Shown here piece by piece: positions 12,053-22,696 of a stretch of 64,000 nt of DNA; position 1 is the first letter of the stretch; every line of letters starts with the position of its first letter. The position numbers and the translations under genes are program-made. The notes under the pieces are model-generated. The model searched no databases, was not told the DNA's origin, and worked only from the letters and a program-made list of their open reading frames with translations. The stretch is from Desulfosoma sp. (GTDB taxonomy: Bacteria; Desulfobacterota; Syntrophobacteria; Syntrophobacterales; DSM-9756): positions 1 through 64,000 of the forward strand of contig JBBFKW010000005.1 in the NCBI GenBank assembly GCA_037481835.1, written 5' to 3'.

Positions 12053-13168
12053 CTAGGTGGGGCGAAAGGCGTAGCGGCGCATGGCAACGTTTTCGATGAG
12101 CCCCACAGCGGCGCAGAGCGTAAGGAGCGACGAGCCCCCATAGCTCACAAACGGCAGGGTGATGCCCACCACGGGAAGGAGCCCGATGACCATGCCGATG
12201 TTGATCAGGGCTTGCCACATGACGAGCGCCGTCAGCCCCACGACAAGGAGCATGCCGAAGCGGTCTTTCGCCCTCCTGGCGACCCGTAACGAGGCGCAGA
12301 CGAAAAGGAAAAACAGCGCGATCATCACGCTGCAGCCCCAAAACCCCCATTCTTCCGCCCATACCGAAAAGATGAAATCCGTGTGTTTTTCCGGAAGGAA
12401 CCGAAGCTTATTTTGCGTGCCGTTCAAGAACCCCTTCCCCCACATCATTCCAGAGCCGACGGCCACTTTGGATTGGATGGTATGATAGCCGCTGCCCATG
12501 GGATCCCTTTCCGGCGCCAGGACGGTGCGGATCCTCTCCCTTTGGTATTCCTTAAGCCCGTAGTTCCAGAGCGGATAGACGCTGAGCACGCCGACGAAGG
12601 CGATGACAAGGAGGTATCTCCATCGGATGCCGAGCACGAACACCATGGTGAAAGCCACCGCAAGAAGGCACAAGGTCGTCCCCAGATCCGGTTCAACGAC
12701 GATGAGAAGGGCCGGGGCCAGGGAAATCCCCGCCGCCGGAAGCAGTTGCTTCAAGGACGGATAGGGATCTACGTCTTGCGACGAAAACATCCGAGCCAAT
12801 TGGAGCACCAAGGCCAGTTTCATGAACTCGGACGGTTGGAGATTGAACCCTGCGATATTGAGCCACCTTCTCGAGCCCTTGATCCCGTCTCCGACCATGA
12901 GAACGACGCCCAAGGCGATCAGCGTGACCGCATAGATCCACGGGGCGAACTTCTTGAGTTTTTGATAGTCCACAAACAAGGTCGCGAGAAATATGAGACA
13001 GCCAAGAGCAAACCAGATGACTTGTTTTATGAACAGGTTCCGGGTGGGATTGATTTGGATTTGCGTGTAAAGCGCGCTGTATAAGGACACCAGGCCGAGG
13101 CACGAGATGGCGAAAAACAGGAACACGATGCTCCAGTCGAAATTTTCAATAAGACGTCGATCCATCAT
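12053..13168 (-). CDS. rodA: Rod shape-determining protein RodA (SEDS)
   Basis: QPSEFMK, EPDLGT, FLPEKHTDFIF, LPFVSYGGSS; follows mrdA. Confidence 0.96.
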   Translation of the reverse strand: MMDRRLIENFDWSIVFLFFAISCLGLVSLYSALYTQIQINPTRNLFIKQVIWFALGCLIFLATLFVDYQKLKKFAPWIYAVTLIALGVVLMVGDGIKGSRRWLNIAGFNLQPSEFMKLALVLQLARMFSSQDVDPYPSLKQLLPAAGISLAPALLIVVEPDLGTTLCLLAVAFTMVFVLGIRWRYLLVIAFVGVLSVYPLWNYGLKEYQRERIRTVLAPERDPMGSGYHTIQSKVAVGSGMMWGKGFLNGTQNKLRFLPEKHTDFIFSVWAEEWGFWGCSVMIALFFLFVCASLRVARRAKDRFGMLLVVGLTALVMWQALINIGMVIGLLPVVGITLPFVSYGGSSLLTLCAAVGLIENVAMRRYAFRPT

Positions 13169-13172
13169 GGCC

Positions 13173-15158
13173 TTAATCCGACTCCTCCTGGACCGGCTGA
13201 ATCGTCGCCTCTTCCCGGGAGCGCAGTTCGGGATGGGATTTTTCCAGGTATTTTCGGATCACCTTCTGCGCCAACGGGGCGGCTCCGGAAGACCCATGGC
13301 CGCCGTGTTCCACGATGACGGCAACGACGATCTCAGGGTTCTCCGCCGGGCCGTAGCCCACAAACCACGCGTGATCTCTTTCGTTTTCGGCCAGCGACCT
13401 TTGGTGAGCCTTGCGATTGACGTTTTCACCCATTCGGACCACTTGGGCCGTTCCCGTCTTCCCCCCCAGGGCCACTTCTTTTAGCGCAATCCCATGGGCC
13501 GTCCCGCGCCCTTCGTTCACGACCCCCACCAGCCCTTTCTTGACAAGCTCCAGTGTTTCCTTGCTCACCGAAAGCTTTCTTCGGACCTTGGGCTTCATCA
13601 GGGCGCTGTCTCCATCGTCCGCCGCCTCGATCCGCGTCACCAGCTTCGGCGTCCACAAGGTGCCTCCGTTGACCAGGGCCGCATAAGCCATGGCCGCCTG
13701 CAAGGGCGTCACTTGATCAAAGCCCTGCCCGATGGCGATGGACAATGTTTCTCCTTTTTGCCACGGGATGCCCGTTGCCCGCAATTTCCAGTCCCGAGTG
13801 GGAATGAGGCCGGTTCGCTCCGATGGCAATTCCACCCCGCTGGGTTCCCCCAGGCCGAACATTTTCGCGTAGGCGGCGATCGTATCCACGCCCAACTTCA
13901 TTCCCAGGGTGTAAAAGTACACGTCGCACGATTCAACGATCGCCCTGTGGAGATCCACCGCGCCGTGCCCGGTATCTCTCCAGCATCGGTATTTGCGTCC
14001 GGCATAGGGGTAAAACCCAGGGCAGGGCACGATGCTTTTGGGGGAGACGATCCCTTCTTCCAGGGCGGCCACGGCAACAAAAGGCTTGTAGGTGGATCCG
14101 GGGGGATACGCGGATGAGACCGCACGATTGAGGAGGGGATGGCTGGTGTCGGAAATGAACTTTTTCCACTCCTCCGCGCTCATCCCCCGAACGAACCGCT
14201 CCTGGTCGAAACTGGGGCTGCTCGCCATGGCCACGATGTCCCCAGAGTTGGGATCCACGGCGACAATCGCCCCCACCTTGCCTTTCAGGCACTCTTCGGC
14301 TTCTCTTTGCACATCCAGATCCACCGTGAGCCACATGTCTCTGCCGGGAATGGGCAAGCGCTCTTGCAAGGACCGGATGTGCCGACCTACGGCGTCCACT
14401 TCCACCTGGCGCCACCCGCTCTGGCCTCTCAGATACTTCTCCAGCGATTTTTCCACGCCGCCCTTGCCGATAAACTCTCCGGATTGGTAATCTTGATAAG
14501 CGTCTTTTTTCAGCTCTTCTTCGGAGATCTCCCCCAGATAGCCGACCACGTGGGCCGCCGTCCCGCTGAATTTGTAGCCGCGGCGAGGTTCCACCTCCAC
14601 GTATACCCCGGGCAATCGCAACCGGCGCGCCTCGATCCGCGCCAGGGTGTCCCGATCGATATCGGAAACGAGCCGAATGGGTTCGAACCGCCTTTTCGCC
14701 TTGTTCGCTTCGAGTACCGACGCCAGTTCAGCAGGGCTCTTGCCGCTCAACAGGCTGATGTCCTTCAAAACATTGTTGAGGGCTTCGGCGTCCTTGATGT
14801 CTTCGCGCACGAGCATGAGGTGAAACGCGGGCCGATTTTCCACGAGCGGCACGCCGTTTCGGTCGAAGATGATCCCCCGGGGCGATCGGATCGTTTCCGT
14901 TCGAATCCGGTTGTTTTCCGATCGGGTTCTGTAATAGGGCCCTTTGGCAACCTGCAAATACCACAGCTGGACGATGTAGACGGCCAAGACGGCGAAAGCG
15001 AACAGTGCGATGAGGCGATGTTGGCGCTCGAACAGGGCTCGCTCGTTGGCTTCCCAGGCAATGAGCTGAAGCCCCTTGGCATCAGCTTGGACCAAGGCCC
15101 GAGTCTTTTTCTCGGCCTGTTTTGTCGCCGAGCCTCTCATACCGCGATTCCAGACCAT
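13173..15158 (-). CDS. mrdA: Penicillin-binding protein 2
   Basis: PRGIIFDRNG, SxxK (GSTYK), SCD, KTGTAQ; start uncertain. Confidence 0.95.
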   Translation of the reverse strand: MVWNRGMRGSATKQAEKKTRALVQADAKGLQLIAWEANERALFERQHRLIALFAFAVLAVYIVQLWYLQVAKGPYYRTRSENNRIRTETIRSPRGIIFDRNGVPLVENRPAFHLMLVREDIKDAEALNNVLKDISLLSGKSPAELASVLEANKAKRRFEPIRLVSDIDRDTLARIEARRLRLPGVYVEVEPRRGYKFSGTAAHVVGYLGEISEEELKKDAYQDYQSGEFIGKGGVEKSLEKYLRGQSGWRQVEVDAVGRHIRSLQERLPIPGRDMWLTVDLDVQREAEECLKGKVGAIVAVDPNSGDIVAMASSPSFDQERFVRGMSAEEWKKFISDTSHPLLNRAVSSAYPPGSTYKPFVAVAALEEGIVSPKSIVPCPGFYPYAGRKYRCWRDTGHGAVDLHRAIVESCDVYFYTLGMKLGVDTIAAYAKMFGLGEPSGVELPSERTGLIPTRDWKLRATGIPWQKGETLSIAIGQGFDQVTPLQAAMAYAALVNGGTLWTPKLVTRIEAADDGDSALMKPKVRRKLSVSKETLELVKKGLVGVVNEGRGTAHGIALKEVALGGKTGTAQVVRMGENVNRKAHQRSLAENERDHAWFVGYGPAENPEIVVAVIVEHGGHGSSGAAPLAQKVIRKYLEKSHPELRSREEATIQPVQEESD

Positions 15159-15169
15159 GCCGGAAGCTT

Positions 15170-15697
15170 CTATCGATCCTTTTCACCCAGAATCCATGGA
15201 ATGGGCGCCATGACGAAAGGGGAAACCATGATGGAAAAGAGCGCCTGTCCCGCGGTGGTGATGAACACCCTTGTCATCTCGGGCCCACCGTTGACGATGA
15301 CGGCGGCGGCCACCCCCTGGAGGGCGATCCCCAAGCCCACCAGGAGCGCGCGATACCAAAGAGACCACACATCCATTTGGGAGCTCCACAGGCGATGGAG
15401 ATAGACGACCATGAGATAGGCGGCACCATGGAGACCCCACAATCGCCCCTGAAAAACATCGCTCACATAACCCCACAGGAAACACCACAGGAGCGACACC
15501 CAAATGGGGAACCGTCCGGCGATCTCCACACACACCGCCATCATGAGGTCAACCCGGGTGAAGCCCCACGGCAGCCGTAAGACGATGACCGTCCCGATCA
15601 CATAAATGAGCAGGGAGTAGCCGAAAAAAACGACGAGGACCTTGCCCCACGGTCCCCTTTCGCTTTCACTCACTCCCCACACGGCCACGGATCTCAT
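15170..15697 (-). CDS. mreD: Rod shape-determining protein MreD (divergent membrane protein)
   Basis: Hydrophobic ORF between mreC and mrdA with GYVSDVF...WGLHG; ATGA overlap with mreC stop. Confidence 0.75.
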   Translation of the reverse strand: MRSVAVWGVSESERGPWGKVLVVFFGYSLLIYVIGTVIVLRLPWGFTRVDLMMAVCVEIAGRFPIWVSLLWCFLWGYVSDVFQGRLWGLHGAAYLMVVYLHRLWSSQMDVWSLWYRALLVGLGIALQGVAAAVIVNGGPEMTRVFITTAGQALFSIMVSPFVMAPIPWILGEKDR

Positions 15698-16551
15698 TCC
15701 TTCGCGGTCCCTTCCAGCCATTGAACAGGAAAATCCGGGAGCGACTTGAGAATAAGCACTTCCTGGAGGACGCTCAGCTGCACCGTCGGGACCACGACGA
15801 TCTGCTGAAAAAGGGCTGAAGGATCTTTGCTCACTTGCTTGACAACCCCAAGACGCAGCCCTTCGGGAAAAATTCCGTCCTTTCCGGACGTCACCACCAG
15901 GTCCCCCGGGCGCACATCTTGATTGCTTCGCACGTAGCGCAGTTCGCACGTATCGGTGTCCAAACCGCCGAGGATGCCTCGAACCCGATTGCGCTGCACC
16001 AAGGCATCCACCGCACTGTCACGGTCGGTGAGGAGCAAGACCCTGGCGTACCGCTCCGAAACATCCAGAACATAGCCGACGACGCCCTCATCGCCGACAA
16101 CGGGCATGTCTGTTTGGACCCCGTCGCGAAATCCCTTGTTGACGATGATCGTTCGAGACCACCCGGCGGCGTTTTGGACCACGACTTCTGCCGCCACGGT
16201 CTCCACGCGGAGGCTGTCTCGAAAATCCAAAAGACGGCGCAGTCTCTGGTTTTCCAAAAAGGCTTCCTGATAGCGAACCAGTTCGCTCTCCAAGAAGGCC
16301 CGTTGCTTCTTCAAGAGCTCGTTTTCCTCGTGCACGTGCCGCAAGGACGCGTACCCCTGCACCCATTTTTCCACGGAGTGGGCGGCTTTCCGGGACACAT
16401 GGAGAAGGGGCCCGAGGGTTTCCACCACGGTCCGTTGGAGCATGTCCATCTGGGCAGGCGGGCGGAAATTGAGCGATAAGACGTAAAGCATCGCGCCACC
16501 CATCACCACGACCACGGCCACCAGCCGCACTCGGCGCAGCCAATCCGGCAT
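15694..16551 (-). CDS. mreC: Rod shape-determining protein MreC
   Basis: ENQRLRRLL, IVNKG..DGV, VTSGKDGIFPEG. Confidence 0.95.
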   Translation of the reverse strand: MPDWLRRVRLVAVVVVMGGAMLYVLSLNFRPPAQMDMLQRTVVETLGPLLHVSRKAAHSVEKWVQGYASLRHVHEENELLKKQRAFLESELVRYQEAFLENQRLRRLLDFRDSLRVETVAAEVVVQNAAGWSRTIIVNKGFRDGVQTDMPVVGDEGVVGYVLDVSERYARVLLLTDRDSAVDALVQRNRVRGILGGLDTDTCELRYVRSNQDVRPGDLVVTSGKDGIFPEGLRLGVVKQVSKDPSALFQQIVVVPTVQLSVLQEVLILKSLPDFPVQWLEGTAKE

Positions 16552-16649
16552 GTCTTGATCACCTATGGCGGTACGGCACGGGGACGATCAGAGGAGGGCA
16601 GGGCCCCGCACGAAGACGGCACAAGCCTCTGCCCGCTTTCCTCCGCACG

Positions 16650-17705
<1,056 letters not shown>

Positions 17706-17778
17706 TCAACTCGAGCCAGTGAGCTGTACCATTTTGGTGATTTTTCCGCAATCGCTTCGTGACGGAACAGGAAATCCC

Positions 17779-19662
17779 GTGAAAGTCCTTCTTTTGCAGT
17801 TGCCCGTTCAATCCCACGATAACGCCTATCCCATGGAAAACCTGGGGCTGGGTGTCGGCTCCCTGAAAGCCTACGCCCAATCCGTGCTACCGCCGGACAT
17901 AAGCATTGTGCTGGGCCCGAACGCCCTTGTCAATTACGGCGGAGACCACGCTCTGGTCGAATGGATTCTATCCGAGCAACCCGACGTCGTGGGATTCGGC
18001 TGCTACGTGTGGAACGTGGAACGATCCCTGGATGTGGCCCGCAGGGTCAAAGCCCGGAATCCCCAGGTTCGGATCCTCGTCGGAGGGCCGGAAGTCACCC
18101 CGGAAAACGACTTCCTCAAAGAAGCCGGCGGCTTTGACTGGGGTGTCGTCGGGGAAGGCGAAGAAACCTTTGCGGCGCTTCTTACCGCTCTTCGCTCCGG
18201 CCACCAGCCCGTCGAGACCCTCCCGGGGCTGCTTTGCCCGACCCCCGGCGGATGGCATGCCACAAGACCCCGCCCTGTCATGAAAACCCTGGAGCCCATC
18301 CCATCCCCTTATCTTTCAGGGGCGCTCCAGCCTTCCGATGCGGGCACCATCCTGCTCGAGACGGTGCGCGGCTGCCCCAACCGCTGCACTTACTGCTACT
18401 ACCACAAGCGGTTTCGCCACGTGCGCCCGTTTTCTGCGGATCGTTTGAGGGAAGAGCTCCACTGGGCGGCTCATCGGGGCGTCTCTGAAATCTACTTCGT
18501 GGATCCCTGCTTCACCCGTCGAAAGGATCTAGCCGAGCTGCTGGCAATGATCGAGAAGGCCCGCCGCGTTCACGCCTTCACGTTTCAGTGCGAAGGCACC
18601 GCAGAAGATGTCACCCCCGCGCTTGCGGCATCGTTGGCCCGAGCCGGTCTAACGCAGATGGAAGTGGGCTTGCAGACCGTCAATCCCAAGGCGCTGGCCA
18701 GGATCCGGCGCCGTTTTGACCCGGACCGTTTCATGGCGGGCGTCCGGGCGCTGCGCGCCGCCGGCGTTCGGGTGATGGTGGACATCATGGTCGCCCTTCC
18801 CGAAGATTCCTTGGAAGACGTCAAAAGGAGCATCGACTTCGTCGTCGAAAACGACCTCTTTGACGAACTGAGCGTCTACACGCTCTGCCTCCTCCCCGGA
18901 ACCGAACTTCGCCGACACGCCGCCGCCCTGGGGATCGTTTTTCACGGCAAACCGCCCTATCACGTGTTGCGCACGCCACGAATGTCTTCCGAAGACATCC
19001 GGAAGGCCTATGAGTACGCCGAAGAGGCCAGTGGAGTGGATTTCTTCCCGCCGGACCTGCCCAGGCCCTTGGCTCCCCCGGAAATCCGCCGGCTCGGGCC
19101 TCATCTCATCGCTTTTCCCGCAGAAAAAACCCTGGAAATTTTTGCACGGAAAATACCGGATACCGACCCTTGCGCCCGCGTAGGCCAGGCGGTCTCGGTT
19201 TACGTGTCACCGCTTACCGTGGAGGCCCTCCAAGACGCCGACGTCTCGCGCGCCCTTTTCCACATCTTTGAAAAAAACCCCTGGACCCTTTGGACCTTCG
19301 TCCTCGCGCTGGAAGGTCCCGATTTCCCGTGGGCTGCGGTGTTTTCCCTGGCCCACAAGGTCCTTTCAGACCGCGACCACGTCATGGATCGAGAGTATTT
19401 TTCCACATTGGATCCCGTGCGCTCGGTTCAGATCGTTGCCCTTCTTCCCCACCCTTCTTCCGGCACCGCGATCGTGCGCATCCCCGTGCCCCATCCGGAG
19501 GGATGGGAGGGCTCTGTGTTAGGGGGCAGCCCGACGGCGGATCAGGCGTGGGTGGGCATTCCCGAAGAGGTGTCCCCGGAAGAGGAGTCCGAGTGGCTTC
19601 AAAGCCTCTGGCCCTTTTGTCCCCCGCATATCCGGCGCCTGCGCCTGGGGGATCAGCCATGA
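17779..19662 (+). CDS. B12-binding domain radical SAM protein
   Basis: N-terminal cobalamin-binding-like region (GFGCYVWN...VGGPEV) and CxxxCxxC (RGCPNRCTYC); probable GTG start at 17779. Confidence 0.85.
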   Translation: MKVLLLQLPVQSHDNAYPMENLGLGVGSLKAYAQSVLPPDISIVLGPNALVNYGGDHALVEWILSEQPDVVGFGCYVWNVERSLDVARRVKARNPQVRILVGGPEVTPENDFLKEAGGFDWGVVGEGEETFAALLTALRSGHQPVETLPGLLCPTPGGWHATRPRPVMKTLEPIPSPYLSGALQPSDAGTILLETVRGCPNRCTYCYYHKRFRHVRPFSADRLREELHWAAHRGVSEIYFVDPCFTRRKDLAELLAMIEKARRVHAFTFQCEGTAEDVTPALAASLARAGLTQMEVGLQTVNPKALARIRRRFDPDRFMAGVRALRAAGVRVMVDIMVALPEDSLEDVKRSIDFVVENDLFDELSVYTLCLLPGTELRRHAAALGIVFHGKPPYHVLRTPRMSSEDIRKAYEYAEEASGVDFFPPDLPRPLAPPEIRRLGPHLIAFPAEKTLEIFARKIPDTDPCARVGQAVSVYVSPLTVEALQDADVSRALFHIFEKNPWTLWTFVLALEGPDFPWAAVFSLAHKVLSDRDHVMDREYFSTLDPVRSVQIVALLPHPSSGTAIVRIPVPHPEGWEGSVLGGSPTADQAWVGIPEEVSPEEESEWLQSLWPFCPPHIRRLRLGDQP

Positions 19663-19679
19663 GGCCTCGGCCGAGTCCT

Positions 19680-20474
19680 TCACCTTGGAAATCCACCTGT
19701 TTCGAGAAAGGTAAAGACGAGTTCCGCCACCTTCTTTCCCGAGAGGAGCATCCCTCCGAAGATGGGGCCCATTCTCGGCCCGCCGAACACCGCATTGGCC
19801 GCCATGCCCGCCACGAAAAGGCCGGGAAAAACTTCCCGCGTATTCTCAAGGGTCAGCCGTTCCGCCTCCTCCGACCACATGGACTTTTCCCCTTCCAGGG
19901 CTCCGCTGGGCGTCTTCAGGGTGCCGGGAACCTTCTTATGGACGACCTTCACCACTTCCGCATCGTGTCCCGTAGCGTCAATGACGGCCCGAGCGCGAAT
20001 GGCCAGCGGGTCCACGTGCAAGCCCGCCATTTCCACCGCCGTCCAATTGATGACGAGTCCCACGATCCCCTCCGGGCGCATGACCACGTCTTCCACGCTG
20101 ACGGCGTTGAAGATGGGAGCGCCGGCCTTGACACACCGGGACGTGAGGGTGGAGGCCGTTTCCACGGCATCCGCCGTGTAATAGCCTTCCCGGTAGAGCC
20201 GCGTGCTGACACCCATTTCTTCCAGAACGTGACAGGCTTCTTCCTGGACGACGATTTCATTGAAGAGCATCCCGCCGCCCCACATGCCCCCGCCGACGCT
20301 GAGTTTTCTCTCGAACAGGGCCACCTTCTTTCCGGCCGTGGCCAGGCAATAGCCAGCCACCAAACCCGACGGGCCCGCACCGACGACGGCCACATCCAAG
20401 TCCAGGATTCCCCCGATTTTTTCAAAATACCGATCGACGATCGCTTTCGTAATGACTCTCTCGTCCAAAGCCAT
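19680..20474 (-). CDS. thi4: Sulfide-dependent (non-Cys) thiazole synthase Thi4
   Basis: [44 protein letters not shown]. Confidence 0.93.
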   Translation of the reverse strand: MALDERVITKAIVDRYFEKIGGILDLDVAVVGAGPSGLVAGYCLATAGKKVALFERKLSVGGGMWGGGMLFNEIVVQEEACHVLEEMGVSTRLYREGYYTADAVETASTLTSRCVKAGAPIFNAVSVEDVVMRPEGIVGLVINWTAVEMAGLHVDPLAIRARAVIDATGHDAEVVKVVHKKVPGTLKTPSGALEGEKSMWSEEAERLTLENTREVFPGLFVAGMAANAVFGGPRMGPIFGGMLLSGKKVAELVFTFLETGGFPR

Positions 20475-20489
20475 GGAACACTCCTTTAG

Positions 20490-21767
20490 TCATCCTATGG
20501 CCGAAACGGCCAGTTTCACGGCGCACAATTTGCCGCACATGGTGCACCCCTGACGATCTTCGGTGACCTGAAGGCGGCGTCTCACCACATGGGGATCCAG
20601 GGCCGCGGCGATCATGCCGTCCCAATCCAAAGCCCGGCGGCACTGGGACATGGCCCGATCCCGCGCCATCGCCCCGGGAATGCCCTTGGCCAGATCCGCA
20701 ATATGGGCGGCGATGCGGGCCGCCATCACGCCCTGGTAGACGTCGTCTTCATCGGGAAGGCCCAGGTGTTCCGCCGGCGTGACGTAACACAGGAAATCCG
20801 CCCCCGCCGCCCCGGCCAGCGCCCCTCCCACGGCCGCGGTAATGTGGTCGTAGCCCGCCGCAATATCCGTCGGAAGGGGGCCAAGCACATAGAACGGGGC
20901 GCCGTCGCAAAGCTTTTTTTCCAACTGGACGTGGGACTGGATATGCTCGATGGGCACATGGCCCGGTCCCTCGATCATGACCTGCACCCCTTTTTCTCGA
21001 GCCCTCCGGGCCAGCTCGGCCAAAATCATGAGTTCCTCGATCTGGGGGCCGTCGATGGCGTCAGCAATGGCTCCCGGGCGAAATCCGTCGCCCAAACTGA
21101 GGGTCACGTCGTGGGCGTGGGCGATGTCAAGCAGGACGTCAAAGTCCTCGTACAGGGGGTTCTCCTTGCGATTCCGCCGCATCCAATAGAGGAGGATGGA
21201 CCCTCCCCGGCTGACGCACGGCATGATCCTTTGAAAATGTTCGAGTTTTTTTGCCGAAGCCTGCGTCACGCCGCAGTGAACTGTGATGTAGTCCACCCCC
21301 TGACGGCATTGGGCTTCAATTCCGGCAAAGAGATCGTCAGGGTCCATCTTTTCCAACGGGATTCCCTTCCGGACCATTTCCGTCGCCACGGCGTAGATGG
21401 GCACCGTCCCCACCATGGTTCCCGCTTCGCGCAGGTACATGGCGCGGAGCTCTTCCAGGTCGCCGCCCGTGGAAAGATCCATGACGGAATCCGCCCCGGC
21501 CTTGATGGCGGCGGCCAATTTGCGCCTTTCCAAGGCCACGTCGGCGCATTCGCCGCTTGCCCCCAGGTTGGCGTTGACCTTGGTTTTCAGCCCCTTGCCG
21601 ATGGCCCGGATCGTCCCGAATTCATGGTGGATGTTTTTGGGCAAGACGGCTCGCCCTTCGGCGATGGCATCCCGAAGCTGTTCCGCCGTCAAGGCTTCAC
21701 CGTCCACGGCGCGCCGCATGGCGTCCGTAACAATTCCCGATTTGGCATAATCGAGTTGTGTGACCAC
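20490..21767 (-). CDS. thiC: Phosphomethylpyrimidine synthase ThiC
   Basis: TKVNANLG, SRGGS, EGPGHVP, YVTPAEHL, C-terminal CTMCGKLC; GTG start with SD GGAGG; preceded by a TPP riboswitch. Confidence 0.93.
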   Translation of the reverse strand: MVTQLDYAKSGIVTDAMRRAVDGEALTAEQLRDAIAEGRAVLPKNIHHEFGTIRAIGKGLKTKVNANLGASGECADVALERRKLAAAIKAGADSVMDLSTGGDLEELRAMYLREAGTMVGTVPIYAVATEMVRKGIPLEKMDPDDLFAGIEAQCRQGVDYITVHCGVTQASAKKLEHFQRIMPCVSRGGSILLYWMRRNRKENPLYEDFDVLLDIAHAHDVTLSLGDGFRPGAIADAIDGPQIEELMILAELARRAREKGVQVMIEGPGHVPIEHIQSHVQLEKKLCDGAPFYVLGPLPTDIAAGYDHITAAVGGALAGAAGADFLCYVTPAEHLGLPDEDDVYQGVMAARIAAHIADLAKGIPGAMARDRAMSQCRRALDWDGMIAAALDPHVVRRRLQVTEDRQGCTMCGKLCAVKLAVSAIG

Positions 21768-21823
21768 AGTCTCCTCCTTTGAGACGCGGAGGAGGGGGAG
21801 GCAGGAAGCCCTAAGACACCACG

Positions 21824-21856
21824 GGGAAAGAAAAAGGCCGCTTGGATGGCGGCCGG
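21824..21856 (-). terminator. Intrinsic terminator forming the riboswitch expression platform
   Basis: Minus strand GGCCGC-CATCCAA-GCGGCC followed by TTTTTCTTT between aptamer and thiC. Confidence 0.65.
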
Positions 21857-21880
21857 CGGAATCTCTGAGAGGAGCTCCGT

Positions 21881-21972
21881 TCGCCAATCCCTCCGCCAGC
21901 ATGACCTGGATCAGGTTCAAGGGGTACCTTCTCAGCCCTCGATGCCTATTTCGAGGACGCCCCCTGGCGATC
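21881..21972 (-). ncRNA. TPP riboswitch (THI element)
   Basis: Minus strand GGGG...GCTGAGA...ACCCCTTGAACCTGATCCAGGTCATGCTGGCGGAGGGA with CGCCA/TGGCG P1; upstream of thiC. Confidence 0.96.
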
Positions 21973-22003
21973 AACTATTCTATAACCAATTTAAAGCCGT
22001 CGA

Positions 22004-22696
22004 TCAAACACAAAGATGACGGGCGGGCTCTGGATTTTGGCCATCTTCCGGTTCTTCCCCGAACACCCCGCACCGCTCCAAGGCCTTGACCATGGCCCTC
22101 TTGTGCATGTGGCCCGCGAAATGCACGGGGCTTTTCCCATAAAGGGGATCCCAGCCCGAGGGATCTGCGGCGCAAAAGTATTGGACTTCCAACCCATAGC
22201 GCACGGCCGCATCTTCCACCGGCCATCCCTCGATCTTTTTCGCGGCCTCCCAGGTCGCCCCGCAAGGCGCGCCGCGCCGCACGAACACCTCTTTGATGCA
22301 GCCGTCTTCCAAAACCACATCGATTTCGGGAGCCCCGAACCGTTCCTCATAGAGCCCCAGCCGGCCCGGCTTCCCGAGCCCGCAACACGTGGGGGGAACG
22401 TAAACACCGGGCACTTTGACCTTCTTCCCGGAAGCGACCACGGGGATGTGAAGCGCCGCGCACCTTTTCGCCAAATCTTCCGACAGGTCGGGGTGCTTGA
22501 GGTAGTCCAAGACCAGATCGGCCTCGATAACCTCGGGCAGATAGGGTCGGGTATCGTCCAAAACCGGAGGCAGCGGCTCATCGATGCTGAAAACGTCAAT
22601 CCGATAAAGCCCTTCTCCATATTTTCGAAGGCCGGCGATCTTCGGTTCCCCGCTCCCTTTTTGTTGAAACACGAGAATCCTTTGCGGCGTCGTCAT
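22004..22696 (-). CDS. DUF166 family protein (DfsP-like), cysteine form
   Basis: [53 protein letters not shown] overlap with glnS stop. Confidence 0.75.
   Translation of the reverse strand: MTTPQRILVFQQKGSGEPKIAGLRKYGEGLYRIDVFSIDEPLPPVLDDTRPYLPEVIEADLVLDYLKHPDLSEDLAKRCAALHIPVVASGKKVKVPGVYVPPTCCGLGKPGRLGLYEERFGAPEIDVVLEDGCIKEVFVRRGAPCGATWEAAKKIEGWPVEDAAVRYGLEVQYFCAADPSGWDPLYGKSPVHFAGHMHKRAMVKALERCGVFGEEPEDGQNPEPARHLCV

Noticed and set aside
20490..21767. ThiC paralogue BzaA/B/F for B12 lower-ligand synthesis
   Set aside because: The TPP riboswitch and adjacent thi4 indicate a thiamine role
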